Below the pieces are notes generated by a model. The model saw only the letters and a list, made by a program, of their open reading frames with translations. It did no database searches and was not told the origin of the DNA. From an uncultured Chloroflexia bacterium (GTDB taxonomy: Bacteria > Chloroflexota > Limnocylindria > Limnocylindrales > CSP1-4): a DNA stretch of 64,000 nt. Shown here in pieces: positions 1 to 8,918 of this stretch (the stretch's first letter is position 1; the number at the start of each line of letters is the position of its first letter). The stretch is taken from contig CAVTXK010000001.1 of NCBI GenBank assembly GCA_963738685.1, positions 924,007 through 988,006 on the forward strand, written 5' to 3'. The position numbers were made by a program, and so were the translations under genes.

Positions 1-226
1 GCGCGGCGTCGGGTTGCTCGCGCTCGGCCAGGTCCTGGCCGGCACAGAACGCCCGGCCGGCGCCGGTCAGGATGACCGCCCGTACGGACCGGTCCGTCGC
101 GATCCGCTTCAGCGCCTCGCGCAGGGCGACCTTCATCGGGACCGTCAGCGCGTTGAGCGCCTCGGGTCGGTCCAGCGTGAGCGTCGCGACCGGCCCGTCG
201 ATCTCGACGCGCAGGCCGTCGGTCAT
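1..226 (-). CDS. enoyl-CoA hydratase/isomerase family protein, N-terminal ~75 aa only (runs off the left edge)
   Basis: Reverse translation from ATG at 226-224 gives MTDGLRVEIDGPVATLTLDRPEALNALT...RAVILTGAGRAFCAGQDL, the crotonase N-terminal signature. The start overlaps the stop of the upstream gene (ATGA). Confidence 0.8.
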   Translation of the reverse strand, partial: MTDGLRVEIDGPVATLTLDRPEALNALTVPMKVALREALKRIATDRSVRAVILTGAGRAFCAGQDLAEREQPDAA

Positions 227-1017
227 GCCTGGGCGAATTCGACCAGGCGACCGTCGACGATCTCGAAGACGCGTCGATCGACCGGTTCGTCCGCGCCGCC
301 CGACGTCTCGACCACGAACTCGGCGAACATCTCGGCGAAGCCCTCGTCGCCGGCCCGCAGCGTGGCGGCCGTCAGCAGATGCCGTTCCGGGATCCCGACG
401 AGGATCCGCGCCTCGCCGGCCAACTGCGTCGCGATGTGCGCCACCGCGTCCGGCAGGAGGATCCGGACGGCATCCATGCCGTCGCCGGTCTCGGAGCTGA
501 GCAGCCGACGCTCGCCGGAAACCTCGGCCGACCAGGGCGCCGTCGCGGCCCACGTCGCCAGATTCCGCATGGCCGCGTCCTGGAGCTCGACGGGCTCGAT
601 GCCCCACGACAGCAGGTGATCGCCGTTCACGACGATATCGAAGCCACCGGCCGGGATCGTGTAGACGACCGGGATGCCGGCCGGACCGGCGTCGAGGAGC
701 GGCTGGGCATGGCTCTGCGTCGCGTGGGCCTGCAGCGACTCGCGGTCGACCGAATCGATCGCGAGGCCCTGGGTCCCGACCGGCCGGAATGCCGGGCGGA
801 CGAGGTCCCGGGCGAGACTCCAGTCGTGCTCGGGCGAATCGACGGCGGAGGTCGCCGACTGCGGGGCCGGGTTGTGACCGCTGACCGGGGAGGACTCGTC
901 GATCGGGGCGAGGAGGTCGGGCGCGGTGTCTCGGTACGAGGCCGGCGGTTCGTCGCCGAGATCGCGGGTGATGTCGCTTCCGACGTCCCTCCCGCCTTCG
1001 AACGGATCACGCTCCAT
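223..1017 (-). CDS. hypothetical protein (264 aa)
   Basis: Uninterrupted ORF 223..1017 with balanced, non-Arg/Pro-biased composition, translationally coupled to the crotonase downstream. No family recognised. Confidence 0.55.
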   Translation of the reverse strand: MERDPFEGGRDVGSDITRDLGDEPPASYRDTAPDLLAPIDESSPVSGHNPAPQSATSAVDSPEHDWSLARDLVRPAFRPVGTQGLAIDSVDRESLQAHATQSHAQPLLDAGPAGIPVVYTIPAGGFDIVVNGDHLLSWGIEPVELQDAAMRNLATWAATAPWSAEVSGERRLLSSETGDGMDAVRILLPDAVAHIATQLAGEARILVGIPERHLLTAATLRAGDEGFAEMFAEFVVETSGGADEPVDRRVFEIVDGRLVEFAQA

Positions 1018-1062
1018 GTCCGGGGATCCTCCTCGTCGTCATGCCTGGCGATTCGTGACGGC

Positions 1063-1866
1063 TCAATGTCCGGTCCAGACCGGGGGTCGCTTGTCCATGA
1101 AGGCGCGCATCCCCTCGCGCTGGTCGTCGGTCGCGAAGAGATCGAAGAAGGCCTGGCGCTCGGCACGGAGACCCGCGCTCAGGGGGAGCTCGGCGGCGGC
1201 GAGGACGGACCGTTTGGCGGCACGGACCGCGAGTGGGGGCATGGCGGCGATCTGGTCCGCGAGGTCCAGGGCGGCCGTGAGCGTCTCGGCCGCCGGGACG
1301 ACGCGGGTCACGAGGCCGGCGGCGTGCGCTTCCTGGGCGTCGATCGAGCGCCCCGTAAGGATCAGCTCCATCGCACGGTACCGGCCGATGGCCCTCGTCA
1401 GCCGTTGCGTGCCACCGGCGCCGGGCATGACTCCGATGCGGATCTCCGGCTGACCGAACTGGGCGTCGTCGCCCGCGACGATCAGGTCGCACGTCATGGC
1501 CAGCTCGCACCCGCCACCCAGCGCGTACCCGCGGACCGCGGCGATGAGCGGAAGACCGATGGCCGCGATCCGGTTCCAGGGCTTGAAGTTGCCATCGGCG
1601 TGGAGGCGCGCGGGGGTCTGATCGGCGAGTTCCGTGATGTCGGCCCCGGCCGCGAAGGCTCGATCGCCGGCGCCGGTGAGGACGATCGCACGTGTGCGGC
1701 GGTCGCGATCGAGCGTCTCGAGCTCGTCCGCCAACTCCGCGAGCAGCGCGAAGCTCAGGGCGTTGCGCGCCTCGGGTCGATCGATCGTCACGAGGGCGAC
1801 GGCGTCGTGCCCCTCGACCGGGGCATCGACGCGGATGAAGCGCGTGGTCGGGCGGACGTCGGTCAC
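1063..1866 (-). CDS. enoyl-CoA hydratase (crotonase family)
   Basis: C-terminal 267 aa of ORF 1063..2241: LVTIDRPEARNALS...VLTGAGDRAFAAGADI...GYALGGGCELAMTCDLIVAGDDAQFGQPEIRIGVMPGAGGTQRL. GTG start at 1866; the upstream part of the ORF is repeat DNA. Confidence 0.9.
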   Translation of the reverse strand: MTDVRPTTRFIRVDAPVEGHDAVALVTIDRPEARNALSFALLAELADELETLDRDRRTRAIVLTGAGDRAFAAGADITELADQTPARLHADGNFKPWNRIAAIGLPLIAAVRGYALGGGCELAMTCDLIVAGDDAQFGQPEIRIGVMPGAGGTQRLTRAIGRYRAMELILTGRSIDAQEAHAAGLVTRVVPAAETLTAALDLADQIAAMPPLAVRAAKRSVLAAAELPLSAGLRAERQAFFDLFATDDQREGMRAFMDKRPPVWTGH

Positions 1867-2109
1867 TGATCCCTCGCGGTTCGCGCGGTTCTCGTGGACT
1901 CGGTGCCGGTCAAGTATCCACGTTCCGGGAAGGGGTCCGTCACGCCGCGCCGGATGGGCTGGGTCACGCCCCCGCGGCTCAGTCACGGGCGCCACGACGG
2001 CCACGGCCCGCCACGCCCTTGGAGCCGCGGCCCGCCACGCCCTCGGGGCCACGGCCGTCACGCCCTTTGGGCCACGGCCCCGCCACGGCCCGCAGGCCGC
2101 CACGCCCGT

Positions 2110-2239
2110 GGGGCCACCAGCGTTCCAACGAGGGGCGGAAGGCCTGCTCAGCGGCGATTGGAACGCGCGGCGCCCCCACTCAGCAGCCGATCGGTCCGAT
2201 TCGGACCGTTCCGGTGTCGGTTGGAACGCTCCTGGCGCC
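2110..2239 (+). repeat. 130-bp inverted-repeat-bounded element, copy 1 (MITE/REP-like or structured RNA)
   Basis: Begins GGGGCCACCAGCGTTCCAAC and ends GTTGGAACGCTCCTGGCGCC (about 18/20 complementary), with an internal TTGGAACG. 120/130 identical to copy 2 by hand alignment. Confidence 0.8.
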
Positions 2240-2325
2240 AAGCGTCGAGGGGCCGCGGCGGACGGCCCGGGTCACGCCCCCGCGCCTCGCCATGGGCCAC
2301 GACCCGTCACGGCCGCCACGCCCTT

Positions 2326-2455
2326 GGGGCCACCAGCGTTCCAACGAGCGGTGGAAGGCCCGCTCAGCGGCGTTTGGAACGGGCGGCGCCCCCACACATC
2401 ATCCGACCGGCCCGATTCGGACCGTTCCGGTGTCGGTTGGAACGCTCCTGGCGCC
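2326..2455 (+). repeat. 130-bp inverted-repeat-bounded element, copy 2
   Basis: Same termini and length as copy 1, 216 bp downstream. Confidence 0.8.
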
Positions 2456-2582
2456 TGGCGTCGAGGGGCCGCGGCCGGACGGGGGTCGCGGACGCCTGGC
2501 GCCGGACGTCGAGGAGCCGAGCTGGGCGCCGGACGCGGACGCCTGCCGCCGCGGCAGCGCCGCCGCGCCGGACGGGCTCGGG

Positions 2583-2909
2583 TCACGCCCCCAGGTCGGT
2601 CGCCTCCTCCAGCACGAGCAGGGTCGAGAGGCCGGGCGCGATCTCGCGCAGGTTGCGCCCGGCGGCCCGCATCGCATCGGACGCGAGCCCGGCATCCAGG
2701 GCTTCGCGGTCGACGAAGCGCATCGCCGTGATCAGCACGAGGTCGGTCTCGCCCCCGAGCGCCTCCACGACCCGCTGGACCCGGGTCTCGAGCAACCCCG
2801 GCGTGGCGGCGACGAGCGGCAGGTGCTCCGCGGCGTAGCGCCGCTCGAACTCGGCGAGGGCCGCCTCGCCGCCCTCCGGCCTTCGATACAGCGCCAGCAA
2901 CGTGATCAT
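2583..2909 (-). CDS. EthD family protein (108 aa)
   Basis: [33 protein letters not shown]... is typical of the EthD/TIGR02118 family. ATG at 2909 is preceded by AGGAGG, and there is a 4-nt overlap with the hydrolase stop. Confidence 0.8.
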   Translation of the reverse strand: MITLLALYRRPEGGEAALAEFERRYAAEHLPLVAATPGLLETRVQRVVEALGGETDLVLITAMRFVDREALDAGLASDAMRAAGRNLREIAPGLSTLLVLEEATDLGA

Positions 2910-3721
2910 CCCGATACCTCCTGGGGTTCCTGCGCGGTCACGCCGGCGCGGCGGCGCGCGACGACCTCGGTCGATCGATAGAACGCGGTCAGCGCCTCCA
3001 TCGCGATGGTCGGACGCTCGGCGAATGCCTCGTGGCCGGCGTCGGGCAGGACCAGCAGCCGGCCGTCCAGCACGGAACGGGATAGCCGCCACGCCTGGTC
3101 GACCGGCACGAACGGGTCCCGGTCACCCACTGCGACGAGCGTCGGCGCATCGATCGCGTGGATCTGCCGCGGCGTCAGCAGCGACTGCGTCGCGACGTCC
3201 CGGGCGATGGCCGGCAGGAGCGACCGCCACGCACCCTCGCCCTGCCCGGGGTCGTGCCGGGCTGCGAGGTCCGCGGCCCAGCGCGGATCCGACCGGTCGA
3301 TCCGGACCGGGTCCATCAGTCGCCTGGCCACCGTCGCGCGGGGCTCGCGCTCCGGGCTGATCCCGACAACGACCAGCGTCCGCAGCCGCGCCGGCGCCCG
3401 GACCGCGACCCGCAGCGCGGTCATCCCTCCCAGCGAGAACCCGAGCAGGTGGAACGTGTCCAGTTCCAGTGCGTCGGCGAAGGCCAGGAGGTCGTCCGCG
3501 AGCCAGTCGGCCGAGAAGCCGCCGGCGGCCGCGTCCCAGCGGGTTCGGCCGTGCCCGCGGGCATCGGGCGTGTAGGTGCGGAACGCGCGCTGCAGGTCGG
3601 GCAGCTGGCCCCGGAAGTCCCGCGCCGCGAGCGACGTCGCCCCATGCAGCAGGATGAGCGGCGGCCCGGCCCCCGCCACGTCGTACCCGATCTGCAGGCC
3701 GTTGGCGTCGATCGTCGGCAT
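2906..3721 (-). CDS. alpha/beta hydrolase fold protein (271 aa)
   Basis: [11 protein letters not shown]..., nucleophile elbow GFSLGG, C-terminal [10 protein letters not shown] at 3721 within ORF 2906..4084. Confidence 0.85.
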   Translation of the reverse strand: MPTIDANGLQIGYDVAGAGPPLILLHGATSLAARDFRGQLPDLQRAFRTYTPDARGHGRTRWDAAAGGFSADWLADDLLAFADALELDTFHLLGFSLGGMTALRVAVRAPARLRTLVVVGISPEREPRATVARRLMDPVRIDRSDPRWAADLAARHDPGQGEGAWRSLLPAIARDVATQSLLTPRQIHAIDAPTLVAVGDRDPFVPVDQAWRLSRSVLDGRLLVLPDAGHEAFAERPTIAMEALTAFYRSTEVVARRRAGVTAQEPQEVSG

Positions 3722-3794
3722 CACCGGCGATGCTACGACCTTCCTTGCCTCCGCAGTGCCCGGGAGCGCCATCGCCGGATGTACGATCGAGCGC

Positions 3795-5205
3795 ATGACC
3801 AAGCCGAAACCGACGACGCGGATCGAACGCGATTCGATGGGCGAGATGGCCGTGCCGGCCGACGCCCTGTACGGCGCCTCCACCCAGCGCGCGGTCCTCA
3901 ACTTCCCGATCTCGGGGCAGCCCTTCCCGCGCCGCTTCATCCGGGCGCTGGCCATGGTCAAGCTCGCCGCGGCCGAGACGAACGGCGAACTGGGCCTGCT
4001 CGAGCCCGATGTCGCGCGGGCGATCGCCGCCGCGGCGGCGTCGGTGGCCGACGGCGACCACGACGACCAGTTCCCGATCGACATCTACCAGACGGGCTCC
4101 GGGCACCTCGACCAACACCAACATGAACGAGGTCGTCGCGCATCTCGCGGCGGCGCGCCTGGGCACGGGCCGCACGGTCCACCCGAACGACGACGTCAAC
4201 CGCTGCCAGAGCTCCAACGACACCATCCCGACCGCGCTCCAGCTGTCCGCGGCGATGGCGATCGAGGAGGCACTCCTGCCGGCCCTCATCGAGCTGCAGA
4301 CGGCGCTCGCCGGCAAGGCCGACGAGTTCTGGCCGGTCGTCAAGACCGGTCGGACCCATCTCCAGGACGCGACCCCGATCCGCCTCGGCCAGGAGTTCTC
4401 GGGCTATGCCGGACAGGTCGAGGAGGCGGTCCGGCGCGCGCTCGCGGCCCAGGCCGAGCTGTTGTCGGTGCCGCTCGGCGGGACCGCGGTCGGGACCGGC
4501 ATCAACGCCCATCCCGAGTTCGCGGCGCGAGCCTGCCAGCGTCTGGCCGAGTTGACCGGGCTGGCCGTCCGCGAGACGCGCAACCACTTCCACGCCCAGG
4601 CGACGCTCGATGTGGCGATCGCGGCGCACGGGGCCATCCGGACGATCGCGCTGAGCCTCTGGAAGATCGCCTCGGACGTCCGCCTGATGGGCATGGGCCC
4701 GCGGGCCGGTCTGGCCGAGCTGGCCCTGCCCGAGACGCAGCCGGGTTCCAGCATCATGCCGGGCAAGGTGAACCCGGTCATCGTCGAGTCGCTGACGATG
4801 GTCGTGGCCCGGGTCGTCGGCAACGACGCGACCGTGGCGTTCGGTCAGACGGGGTCGTTCCTCGAGCTCAACGTGATGCTCCCGGTGACTGCGGCCGCGA
4901 TGCTCGAATCGATCGACCTGCTGGGTGCCGCCGCGCGGAATTTCAGCGAGCGGACGGTCGCCGGCCTGACCGCCACCGAACGTGGGCCGCAGCTCGTCGA
5001 GCAGGGCCTGATGCTGGCCACCGCGCTGGCCCCGGTGATCGGGTACGACGAGGCGGCCAAGCTCGCGAAGGAGGCCTTCAAGTCCGGGCGGACGATCCGG
5101 GAGCTTGCCCTGGAGCGCGGGATGACCGCCGACGACGTGGATCGATTGCTGGACCCGGCCGCGATGACCGAACCCGGCCTCGGCGGAGGTCCGGCGGGCG
5201 GCTGA
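3795..5205 (+). pseudogene. class II fumarase/aspartase superfamily lyase (aspartate ammonia-lyase-like), one +1 frameshift
   Basis: N-terminus lies in ORF 3576..5330 ([41 protein letters not shown]...IYQTGSG). The rest lies in ORF 4009..5205 ([10 protein letters not shown]...[11 protein letters not shown]). The junction is tcc-ggg-c-acc at 4098-4107, where one extra base sits in the g-run 4101-4103. Confidence 0.85.
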
Positions 5206-5310
5206 GGCGACGGCCAGGCCGGGGGCGGCCGGCGGCTGGCGCCCGGCCTTGGCAGGGGCCCGCCCGGCGGCTGACGCCCGGCCTTGGCGGAGCCCCGCCC
5301 GGTGGCTGGC
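5198..5310. repeat. GC-rich 35-bp tandem repeat (about 3 units)
   Basis: Units 5231-5265 and 5266-5300 match at 31/35 (GGCGGCTG(G/A)CGCCCGGCCTTGGC...CGCCC), with partial units on both sides. Lies between convergent genes. Confidence 0.7.
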
Positions 5311-5339
5311 GGAGGCCGACCTGTGGCTGAGGCGGCGGC

Positions 5340-6058
5340 CTAGCTCGGCACCGCCTGGGCCGAATCGTCCGACCGGGTCGCGGCGGACTGCCACAGCCCG
5401 ATGCCCGTCCAGATCGCCCCGGCGACGAGCCATGCCGCGGGCGTCGGGAGAAGGAAGAGGCAGCCGGCGAGGAGCACGGCCTCACCGACCGGATGGACAC
5501 GAGCGCGCAGCAGCACGACGCCCAGGCCGACCGTCGCGATCGCCGCCATCGACTGAGCGATCGCGGTCACGGCCCCATACGGCCCGCCGACGATCGCCAG
5601 CCCGAGCGCGGCCGCCCAGGCGAGGTGGCCGACGACGGTCGCGACGAGCGCGAGTTCCAGGCTCAGGCCGTTCGAGGCCCATGCTCGCCGTGCGAGCCCG
5701 AAGGCTGGCGACGAGGATGGCGACGACGCCAACCAACGCCACCGGCAGGGTCGTCTCGAGGTAGCCGGGCCAGTCCGGCGGCGTCGGCCCGCCGACCGCA
5801 GCGACGCCGGCGATCGTCCACGGCCCCGCCGGCGATCAGCGCCGCCGCGACACCACCGCCCGGTTCCGGATCGGCCCCGCGCAGGTGTGCATCAAAGGCA
5901 CCACGCAGTGAGGTCGACCCGCGCCCGCATGTCCGGCGGCCGAGCCTCGAGGAGCACGGCATCTCGTCACCGTACCGGTCGCGCCACCAGCGCGGGTAGG
6001 CGCGCAGCAGCGACCTTCCCGGTGTCCTCGATCCGCGACCTCGCGACCTCGATCCCAT
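5340..6058 (-). pseudogene. PadR-operon membrane protein (LLRAYPRWWRDRYGDEM-type N-terminus plus TM region), about 4 frame changes
   Basis: ATG at 6058 overlaps the Rieske stop (TGATG). The N-terminus lies in the frame of ORF 5663..6589. TM segments continue in the frames of ORFs 5482..5742 and 5340..5732 (GVVAILVASL..., LALVATVVGHLAWAAALGLAIVGG...). Confidence 0.6.
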
Positions 6059-6723
6059 CAGACGCACCCGTTCTGGACCAGCGGCGGGAGCAACCCCGGC
6101 AGGCCGAGCGCGACGGCCAACGGCCCGAGGGTGATCCGCGACGTATCGACGAACAGTACGCCCGACGCGTCCACCTCGGTCGCGAAGCGGTCCAGGCTCC
6201 GCGGCGCCGGACCGTACTGTTCGCCGGCCGCCTTGATCCCCAGCCGGTCGTAGCGCGACTGGTGACACGGGCATCGGAACCAGAAGTCCTCGATGCACGG
6301 GTTGGGCCGGCAACCGAGGTGCGGGCAGCGCTGCGACATCGCGCGGACGTTGAGCGCGGTCCCGTCGCCCTTCTCGTCGCGACCCGCGGTCCAGCCCCGC
6401 CGAGACGGGTCGACGATGACGATGAACGCCCGGGCGTCCGGGACGTAGGCCGGAAAGCCGTCCGCCACGGGCAGGTTGCCGTTGGCCGCGATCAGCTCCC
6501 GATAGGTCCCGATCCGGATCCGGCCACCGCCCTGCACCCCGGCCGCCCAGAGGAACCCGACGGTCCCGGCGGTCATCTCCAGGAGCCACAGCCCGATCCC
6601 GGCACCGACGGCCCGGCGCATGAGTTGCCGGCGCGACAGGCCACCCGTGGGCAGGTCGCGTGCCGCCTTGAGTGCCGGCCCGGCGAGTGGCCTGATGGTC
6701 GTGTCGACTTCCCGGTTGCCCAT
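6058..6723 (-). CDS. Rieske (2Fe-2S) protein with Tat signal (221 aa)
   Basis: Twin-arginine signal SRRQLMRRAVGAGIGLWL. Rieske boxes CPHLGC and CPCHQSRYD. ATG at 6723, 1 nt after the PadR stop. Confidence 0.85.
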   Translation of the reverse strand: MGNREVDTTIRPLAGPALKAARDLPTGGLSRRQLMRRAVGAGIGLWLLEMTAGTVGFLWAAGVQGGGRIRIGTYRELIAANGNLPVADGFPAYVPDARAFIVIVDPSRRGWTAGRDEKGDGTALNVRAMSQRCPHLGCRPNPCIEDFWFRCPCHQSRYDRLGIKAAGEQYGPAPRSLDRFATEVDASGVLFVDTSRITLGPLAVALGLPGLLPPLVQNGCV

Positions 6724-6724
6724 C

Positions 6725-7048
6725 TCAGGACGACGTGTCGCGCAGCCGCTCGAGCCCGGTCCGCGCAAAGCCTTCGAGTCGCTCGAGCTGGGCACGTACG
6801 GTGGCCTCGCCCAGGTCGGTGAGCCGGTACGGCCGGCGGCGATCGGTGGCTTCGAGGGCCTCGATGAAGCCGCGTCGCTCGAGGCGGGCGAGCGCGCCGT
6901 AGAGGGTGCCGGGGCCCATCGGCGAGCCGGTGATCGCCTCGACGTCCGTCATGATCGCGTACCCGTGCTTCGGCCCATCGCTGAGCGACACGAGGATGTA
7001 CAGCGACGGTTCCGCGAACCGCCCGAGATCGGCTACGCCATCGCTCAT
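6725..7048 (-). CDS. PadR family transcriptional regulator (107 aa)
   Basis: SLYILVSLSDGPKHGYAIMTDVEAITGSPMGPGTLYGALARLERRGFI is a canonical PadR winged helix. Confidence 0.9.
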   Translation of the reverse strand: MSDGVADLGRFAEPSLYILVSLSDGPKHGYAIMTDVEAITGSPMGPGTLYGALARLERRGFIEALEATDRRRPYRLTDLGEATVRAQLERLEGFARTGLERLRDTSS

Positions 7049-7235
7049 GGCCAGGTCCCCGTATAGCGTGACACGGTATATCGTATCGCGATATATACGC
7101 TCGCCGTCCGACCGATGTCAAGCCCTCTGCGGCGCCCCGCGTTGATGTGCCCGCGCGTCGCCTGCGCCCAGTGGCGCGCCGGGCGCAGGTGCGTGCCTGC
7201 GCCCGGTGGCGTGCTCGGCAGCGCGGCTGCGCCAT

Positions 7236-7365
7236 GGCGCCAGGACCGTTCCAACCGACGGCGGAACGGACCAGACCGGGGCGATCGAGTGCCGAACGGG
7301 GACACCGCCCGTTCCAAACGCCGCCGAACCCGTATTCCGTCGCTCGTTGGAACGCTGGTGGCGCC
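7236..7365 (-). repeat. 130-bp inverted-repeat-bounded element, copy 3 (opposite orientation)
   Basis: The reverse complement begins GGCGCCACCAGCGTTCCAACGAGCG and ends GTCGGTTGGAACGGTCCTGGCGCC. Same length and conserved blocks as copies 1 and 2. Confidence 0.8.
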
Positions 7366-7527
7366 AACGGCGGGGGCGGGCTCGGAACGCCTGTGGCGCC
7401 AATGGCCGGGTCCGGAACACTGGTGGCGCCAATGGCCCGGTCCAGAACCTTGGTGACGAAACGGGCGGGTCTGGAACGCTGTAGGCCACGCGCGGGCTCG
7501 GAACGCTGCACGCGCTGGCTGCGCGAT

Positions 7528-7657
7528 GGTGCCAGGACCGTTCCAACCGACGGCGGAACGGACCAAACTAGGGCGATCCGGTGCCGAACGGGGACACCGC
7601 CCGTTCCAAACGCCGCCGAACCCCTATTCCGCGGCTCGTTGGAACGCTGGTGGCGCC
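7528..7657 (-). repeat. 130-bp inverted-repeat-bounded element, copy 4
   Basis: 121/130 identical to copy 3 by hand alignment, 292 bp downstream of it. Confidence 0.8.
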
Positions 7658-7800
7658 AACGGTGGGCGGGCTCGGAACGCCGGTGGCGCCAACGGCCGGG
7701 GTCCGGAACGTGGCGCCAATGGCCCGGTCCGGAACCTTGGTGGCGCCGCCGCGGCCGCGCCCGTGCCGCCGCCCGTGCCCGACGGCTACAATCCGGCGCG

Positions 7801-8591
7801 ATGACCGACACTCGACTCTGGGACCGCGCCGCCCTCGCCACGATCCCCGCCGACGGCCGGCGGCGCCCGCCGTCGCCGCGCTGCCGGCCGGTCCTGCCGA
7901 CGGTCGACGGAGCTGTTCGACTTCATGCGCGACGCCGAGCTGCGGTTCGCGACGCTGCGGCTGCGGATCCTCGAGCAGTCGGGCACGACCCGCGGCGAGG
8001 ACGCCACGCCAGATCGATGTCATCGTGCGCCACCCCGGCCACGCCAGGGTGACCACGAGCCGCCCCGGCGAGTACCTCGGCGGGCACTACGAGATCTGGG
8101 TCTCGGACGGCGACCTCGTGCGGACCTACGCGGCCGCGCACAAGCTCGGCACCCAGCGGCCCGATCCGGAACCGCCCGCGCGGCCTGGCCGACCCGGACC
8201 TGCCCGGCATGTCGCGCGTCTACGAGCCGGTCACCGCCCTCCCGATGGAGACGCTGCCGGACACGTTCGTCCATCCGGCCGGCTACTGCCAGAACGTGCT
8301 CGCGACCGGTCGCTGCACGGTCACCGGCACGGCGCTCGTCGACGGGCCGCGAGGCGATCCTGCTCGCAGTGCGACCACCCGCGCACCATCGAGATCAGCC
8401 GGCGACCGCCCGGACCACCGCATCGAGATCGCGGTCGATCGCCAGCTGGGCGTCATCCTCCGGCTCGTCGAGTCGATCGGCGGCGGTCGTCACCCGCGAC
8501 GCCGAGGTCACCGATCATCCGTCCCGAGGCGCCGCTGCCACCCACCGCCTTCGACTTCGTCTTCCCGACCGGGACGACGATGCTCTACTGA
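7801..8591 (+). pseudogene. conserved-looking hypothetical protein, about 8 successive +1 frame changes
   Basis: Protein-like segments alternate between ORFs 7147.., 7925.., 7581.. and 8209..: MTDTRLWDRAALATIPADG / ELFDFMRDAELRFATLRLRILEQ / QIDVIVRHPGHARVTT...YEIWVSDGDLVRTY / MSRVYEPVTALPMETLPDTFVHPAGYCQNVLATG / CDHPRTIEI / DHRIEIAVDRQLGVILRLVESIGG / APLPPTAFDFVFPTGTTMLY*. Confidence 0.6.
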
Positions 8592-8918
8592 CCGAGCGGC
8601 TCTTCCCGCGCCACAGACTGGCGCGTATAGTCGCCATCGCGCCGGATATCCGGGCAGGTACCCGGGAGCCTGGACTCGTCCGGCGCCGGGACGCTCGGAA
8701 AGGAGGGCCAGCGACCGACCCCGCGCCGCGCACCGCCCGGCGCCAGAGCGGCCCTGCCGCTCCCCGTCCCGCGTCATCCACGCGATCCCCGCGTTTCGCA
8801 CGGCGCCCCGTCGGACGGGCTGCAGCCGCGCACGGTCCGGCCACGAGGGAACGGTCGGACCCGGGGCGACCGCCGGCCACCCCGACCGACGGCTCCGCCG
8901 CTGTGAGGGAGGTTCTCG

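Larger units (their letters stand above)
1961..2592. repeat. tandem direct duplication of ~310 bp (units begin GGGTCACGCCCCC at 1961, 2269 and 2580)
   Basis: The same 13-mer recurs at 308- and 311-bp spacing. Each unit contains one 130-bp element. 23-24 bp periodic GCCACGCCC..GG(G/A)GCC motifs lie at about 2005-2110. Confidence 0.8.

Noticed and set aside
5198-5310. 35-bp GC-rich tandem repeat after the lyase gene (and similar ones at 26460-26560 and 40092-40190) as functional elements
   Set aside because: They sit at convergent or terminal gene ends and are low-complexity GC-rich DNA. They most simply act as terminator-like structure or slippage products. They are kept as annotated repeats only.
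1961-7800. Possible CRISPR arrays in the two repeat-filled gaps (1961-2592 and 7140-7800)
   Set aside because: The repeat units are 130 bp with internal inverted symmetry and only two copies per locus. They are not short direct repeats separated by unique spacers of uniform length, and there are no cas genes in the window.
8592-8918. Riboswitch or leader RNA in the 327-bp region upstream of the permease/GS-like genes
   Set aside because: It contains hairpins (GGCGCG-N12-CGCGCC at about 8620-8643; palindrome CCGGATATCCGG at 8642-8653). I could not match it by eye to glycine, glutamine, guanidine, ZTP or other riboswitch consensus sequences. It needs cmscan before any claim.
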